From: Myxococcales bacterium
GTDB lineage: Bacteria; Myxococcota_A; Polyangia; Polyangiales; DASUME01
NCBI GenBank assembly: GCA_047601445.1
Contig: JASGJH010000001.1
Location: 64,001-128,000 of the forward strand
DNA length: 64,000 bases
Direction of reading: 5' to 3'
Part shown: positions 59,600 to 64,000 of the stretch, piece by piece
How positions within the stretch are numbered: position 1 is the stretch's first letter
Layout: the number at the start of each line of letters is the position of its first letter
Translations under genes and position numbers: made by a program
The notes under the pieces: model-generated
The model's database searches: none
What the model saw: only the letters and a program-made list of their open reading frames with translations
What the model was told of the DNA's origin: nothing

Positions 59600-62500
59600 C
59601 CAGCGTCGCCACATCGGTCGACAGCGGTCCGGTCCCTGCGGAGCTTGCGGGATGGCAGCAGTACCGAGCCAAGGTGGAGGGTGCGTTTCAGCGATTCTTC
59701 CGTTCGCCTGATTCATCACGATGGGTCGTGCAGTCCAAGGACGGAACTCGTTTGGAATTTCGGGAGCATGTACCTGCAGAACGAGGCCGCCAGCTGCGAG
59801 AGCGCAGTTCAGGTAGATCCTGAGGATAAGAGACGCGCGTATTTTCGTGGCCGCTGGTGCGGATGAAGTGATCCGCACGGCTCCACGGTGCAATATCGCT
59901 ATCAGGAGGACGGCAGCTCGTTGTACCCGAGCGCCATCTACTACACGACCCAGCTCGTTGCGGAGGGGGCGAGGCCGCTAGCGCACGAGCTTGCGCCGTG
60001 GAGCTGAGCGAGTACGCCCATCGCGTGTCCTTCGTTTACGAAGGGCGCAGCGACGTGACCTCGAGCTACGTAACTACGTGGCGCACGGAACGCAACCTGC
60101 GTCTCAAGCGCATCGAGCTCACCAGCGCGGTGTCTGACATCGGCACGCGGGCTTTGGTGCGTCGCTACCATTTGCGGTACGAGCCGACGAGCTATCACTC
60201 GCTACTCGCTTCCGTCCAACTGGAAGGCCGTCCTTCCGCTCGCGAAGGCACGTTCGGCGTCGTAGTCGGCGAGCCTGCCGTCCCGGAGACGAGCCTGGGC
60301 GATGCCATCATCGGCGATGTCTTTCCGCCCATGACGTTCATCTATTCGCGTCCCAATGCGACGTCTGGACAGGTCACCGGCTTCGGCGGCATCGACAGCA
60401 CCGTACACCGCTCGAGCTCGAGTCCGATCATTCCGTCGATGAGGGACGCGTCGACTTCTTCGACGTGAATGCCGATGGACTTCCGGATCTCTTGGTCACC
60501 GATCCGGCGAAGTATGGCGGCGGAGCGGGCGTATATTTCAATGGCTTCGCAGGCAACACCCCGGGGACTCCGGCCGCGTTCTCGGTGGGGACTGCGGTGA
60601 GCATCCCGAGCGGGCTCGGTTCAGTGCTGAACCTGAGCAGCGCCAACATCGTGCCCATGGACGTGGATGGCGATGGTCGCGGCGACATCTTGCACATGCC
60701 GCGCACCGCGAATTACGGCTATTTCGTGCTCAGCAAGCAGCCCACGCCAAGAGGCGCTGCCTATCAGCCGCTCGACGGCTGGTCGTTCGTGCACGTCAGT
60801 GATCTCCTGCCAGCTGGGGTGACCGACCCGCGCATCGACTTGGGCGCGGATGGCGTTTCTATCCGGACCCTCGACGTCAATAACGATCACTTGATCGACG
60901 TTGTGCGAACGACTGGAAGCCAGCTTCAAACCTGGCTAAATCTCGGCCGCTATCCTGGAGGCGAGGGGCGCTTTGGGTCGGCGTCCTCGGCGGGAAGCGC
61001 CTGGAATCTCAGCACCTCACCCGTCGAGTCGTGCCTGCCGTATGCCGGCCAGGCGATCGACTTCGGGGAATCGAACCTGCGCATCGCAGACATGAATGGC
61101 GATGGACTCGCCGACATCGTCAAGATCGCGAAGGACGACGTAGTGTGGTGGCCCGGACGCGGTGAAGGTGCGTTCGGCGACGGCAGCCATGCGTGCAACG
61201 ACCAGAACCGCAGCAAGCGCCACATACGGATGGGCAATCCTCCGCAGGAGCTCAATCCGGATCTCGCGGGCATGCAGATGGTCGACGTGAACGGGGATGG
61301 AACCACCGATCTCTTGCTCGTAGGGAAAGACTTCCTGAGCATCTGGTTCAACGAAGGGGGCACGGCATTCTCCGAACGGCTGATCGTCGACAGCACGCCT
61401 TTTGCGGTCGACGTGCTCGATCGCGTGCGTGTGGCGGATATCGATGGCTCCACGACCGCCGACGTGATCTATGCAGAAGGTGGACACTATCGCTGGATCG
61501 ACCTCATGGGAGGCGTGCGACCGCGTTTGTTGACCGGCGTGGACAATGGACTCGGTGCTTTCACGTCTCTCCAGTATGCATCGAGCGCCGAGGACTACCT
61601 GCGCGATCTGGCGAGTGCCCGAAGCTGCGACGCCTCGTTGGCCGATTGCTTTACTTGGCATCGCGAACCGCTCATGCCAGGTGCGAACGAAGCCGGTTGC
61701 GACGCCCAGATTGCGTCCCATTCGGACGTTTGCGCGCACCGCGTAGCCGGTAGCCCCGTGTTGAGCTCGGTTGTTCGGCGGGTCAGTACGACCGACCGCT
61801 TCGATGCCATGGGTGTCGAGGCGACCGTCAGTGAGACCGAATACCGCTATCACGACGGGTACTACGAAGGGATTGAGCAAGAATTTCGCGGCTTCGGAGC
61901 CGCCGATGCGATTGCCGTAGGCGACCAGTACGAGCCGACGTCCATCACGCGTTCCTATTTTCATCAGGGGCGAAGGCCCAACGAGATTGCCGCGGACCGG
62001 CTGGCAGACAATCCGAACGAAGCGCTCAAGGGACGCGAGTACCTGAACGAGAGCTCCGACCAGAACGGGAACTATCTCAGCACACGTCACGCCACGTACA
62101 CCGTGCGCCGAATCATGACGGGCCTAAACGGAACGTCAATTTCGTACGCATACGTGAGTGGCAGCGAAGAGTTTCGATACGACACCACGAGCCGGGCGGG
62201 CTCTGCCACGACCGTCGAAATGCAGAGCGTTCTGCGGGAGGAGGCCCGCGAAGGCCGTGGTGTGAATGCCGTCTACGCGGCAGCTGCCCAGGCAGGCGAC
62301 GCGCCCCACGTGGTCATTGCACGACAGCTGCGCTTTGCGCGACTGCGGTCCACCACGGATGTGGTCGACAACGTGGGCAACGAGGTTCAGCGCACGGCGT
62401 GGGGACGAAACGGGACCGGCGAGTACGGCGAGACCGTTGGTGACGAGCGCATCACATCGGTCACCTTGCCTACGCGAATCGCGGATGCGACCTGCTCCAA

Positions 62501-64000
62501 CTCGGGTTGGATGTGGCGTGGGGCAGAGAGCTATGTCGCCGACGCCGGTGGCCAGTACGACCGCACGCAGAACGATTTCTCGACCTGCGGCGATCTCCAG
62601 ATGAGCGGGAAGATTGCCAGCCTTCCCGCCGCCGGTGCGTTCGAGTTCGCTGGTGGTGGCGGTGCGCAAGGATTCACGCATGCCAGCGACATGGAAGTCA
62701 GCTCCTGGACGCTCGATCCCTGGGGACAGGTCGTCGACCACTGCCGTGGCGGCATCGTGGGTGATCAAGTCAACAACCCCTGCCTGCGTCTGTCGCGCTT
62801 TACGCACGATCCGGTCTACGCAGATTACGCAACGGCCGAGGCCATTGCTGTCAGCGGAACCGGCGGGAACTTGCGGTTCCTCGTCTCTACTGGAGTCTGG
62901 GACCGTGGTCTCGGACAGCTTCGCGCAGTTACCGACGCAAACGGCCATGTGAGCGAGACCAGCTTCGACGGGCTCGGCCGGCTCACTTCCCAAATCTTGC
63001 CGGCCGTCAAAGGTTGCGAGGGCACTCGGGTCCCGACCATCCGCGTCGACTACGCACTCACGAGTGCACCCGCCACGACGCCCTTGAATCGTGCCACGAC
63101 CACCACTTTCCTTTCGTGTGGCAGCTACAGCGACCCGGATAGCCAGGTCGTTTCGCATTCCTATGTCGACGGCCTAGGTCGGATCCGCGCGACGCTTGCG
63201 GAGGGCGAGAGTGATTCGCAGGCATGGGAAGACAACCGAGGCCATGCGTTCGTCCTGTCGGGACGTCAGATCCTCACCAAGCAAGGCAATCCGCGGCTGC
63301 TCTACCAACCGGCGTACTTCGACGGCAGTCCCGATGACTACGCCGCGGTGATCGCGCGACCTGCGTCACCCTACAAGCGCGCCCTCTTCGATGCGTTCGG
63401 CCGCGCCACGTTGTCGATCAACGAAGACAACACGTACACCTCGATCAGCTACCACGCACTCAGTCGTGATCTCTGCGACGAAGTGGACAACGGCTTTACG
63501 GCCGACGGCAATCAGGCCTTCAATGGCACTTGCACGACCGAACGCACCGACGGGCACGGACGGGTCATCGATCAGCAGCGACGACAAGTGACCGCATCGG
63601 GTGCGCGCGAGCACCACCGCCTGTTCACGTACTATCGCGGGGACGGCGCGGTCGTGCGCGTAGTGCGAGCGTTGACCGGCGACAATGTACTTCGCTACGA
63701 AGGCGCGGCACTCGGCGCGTTCGTCGAGCGACGTTTTCACTACGATTCAATCGGGCGCCGCATCGCATCGGAAGACCCAGACACGGACAATCGTGACGAG
63801 ACCACCCTCACGCGTCGTACTTGGCGCTACCTGTTCAATCGGGCTGGCGATCTGATCGCAGTCAGGGATCCGCGCGGTTGTGGGCAGAACTTCTACTACG
63901 ATCTCGCGGGGAGGTTGCTCGGCGAGGCGTACGTGTCGTGCAGTGAGGCGCAAGTCGGAGAGAGTCCCAGCGCGGACATTCCGACGGGCAGTGTGTCTCT
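59600..64000 (+). CDS. SpvB/TcdB-middle/FG-GAP/YD-RHS toxin-like protein, lacking its N-terminus and running off the window
   Basis: QQYRAKVEGAFQRFF, DVNADGLPDL/DMNGDGLADI FG-GAP repeats, VDNGLG, YHDGYYEGIEQEFRGFG, YVDGLGR, YDLAGR. Confidence 0.85.

Overview
Planctomycete-type (Pirellulales-like) DNA with many single-base indels that look like long-read errors, so many genes are split. Positions 1-36883 appear to be a tRNA-Leu-targeting integrated element ending at a 3'-tRNA-Leu(TAG) fragment (putative att site). It carries a tyrosine integrase and excisionase-like HTH, a MobF/TrwC relaxase-helicase, an AbrB-VapC toxin-antitoxin pair, a second tyrosine recombinase, ArdC, ParA plus an RHH partner, a RepL-like protein, and a large Calx-beta/RHS toxin with a candidate immunity gene. 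It also carries a complete compact type II-C CRISPR-Cas9 system: tracrRNA, cas9 (~1020 aa), cas1, cas2 and ~109 repeats of 36 bp. The most striking observation is upstream of cas9. An orphan degenerate repeat lies on the same strand as the tracrRNA anti-repeat and 5' of it, so one transcript could fold into a natural single-guide RNA whose seed matches the adjacent promoter region. Positions 37-59.6 kb are mostly chromosomal planctomycete genes plus tRNA-Ala, followed by a cluster of small ORFs with shared N-terminal heads and a stand-alone SRP M-domain-like ORF. At ~59.6 kb the sequence switches mid-gene into an SpvB/FG-GAP/RHS toxin gene, probably at a chimeric junction. All family assignments come from reading motifs by eye; no searches were run.
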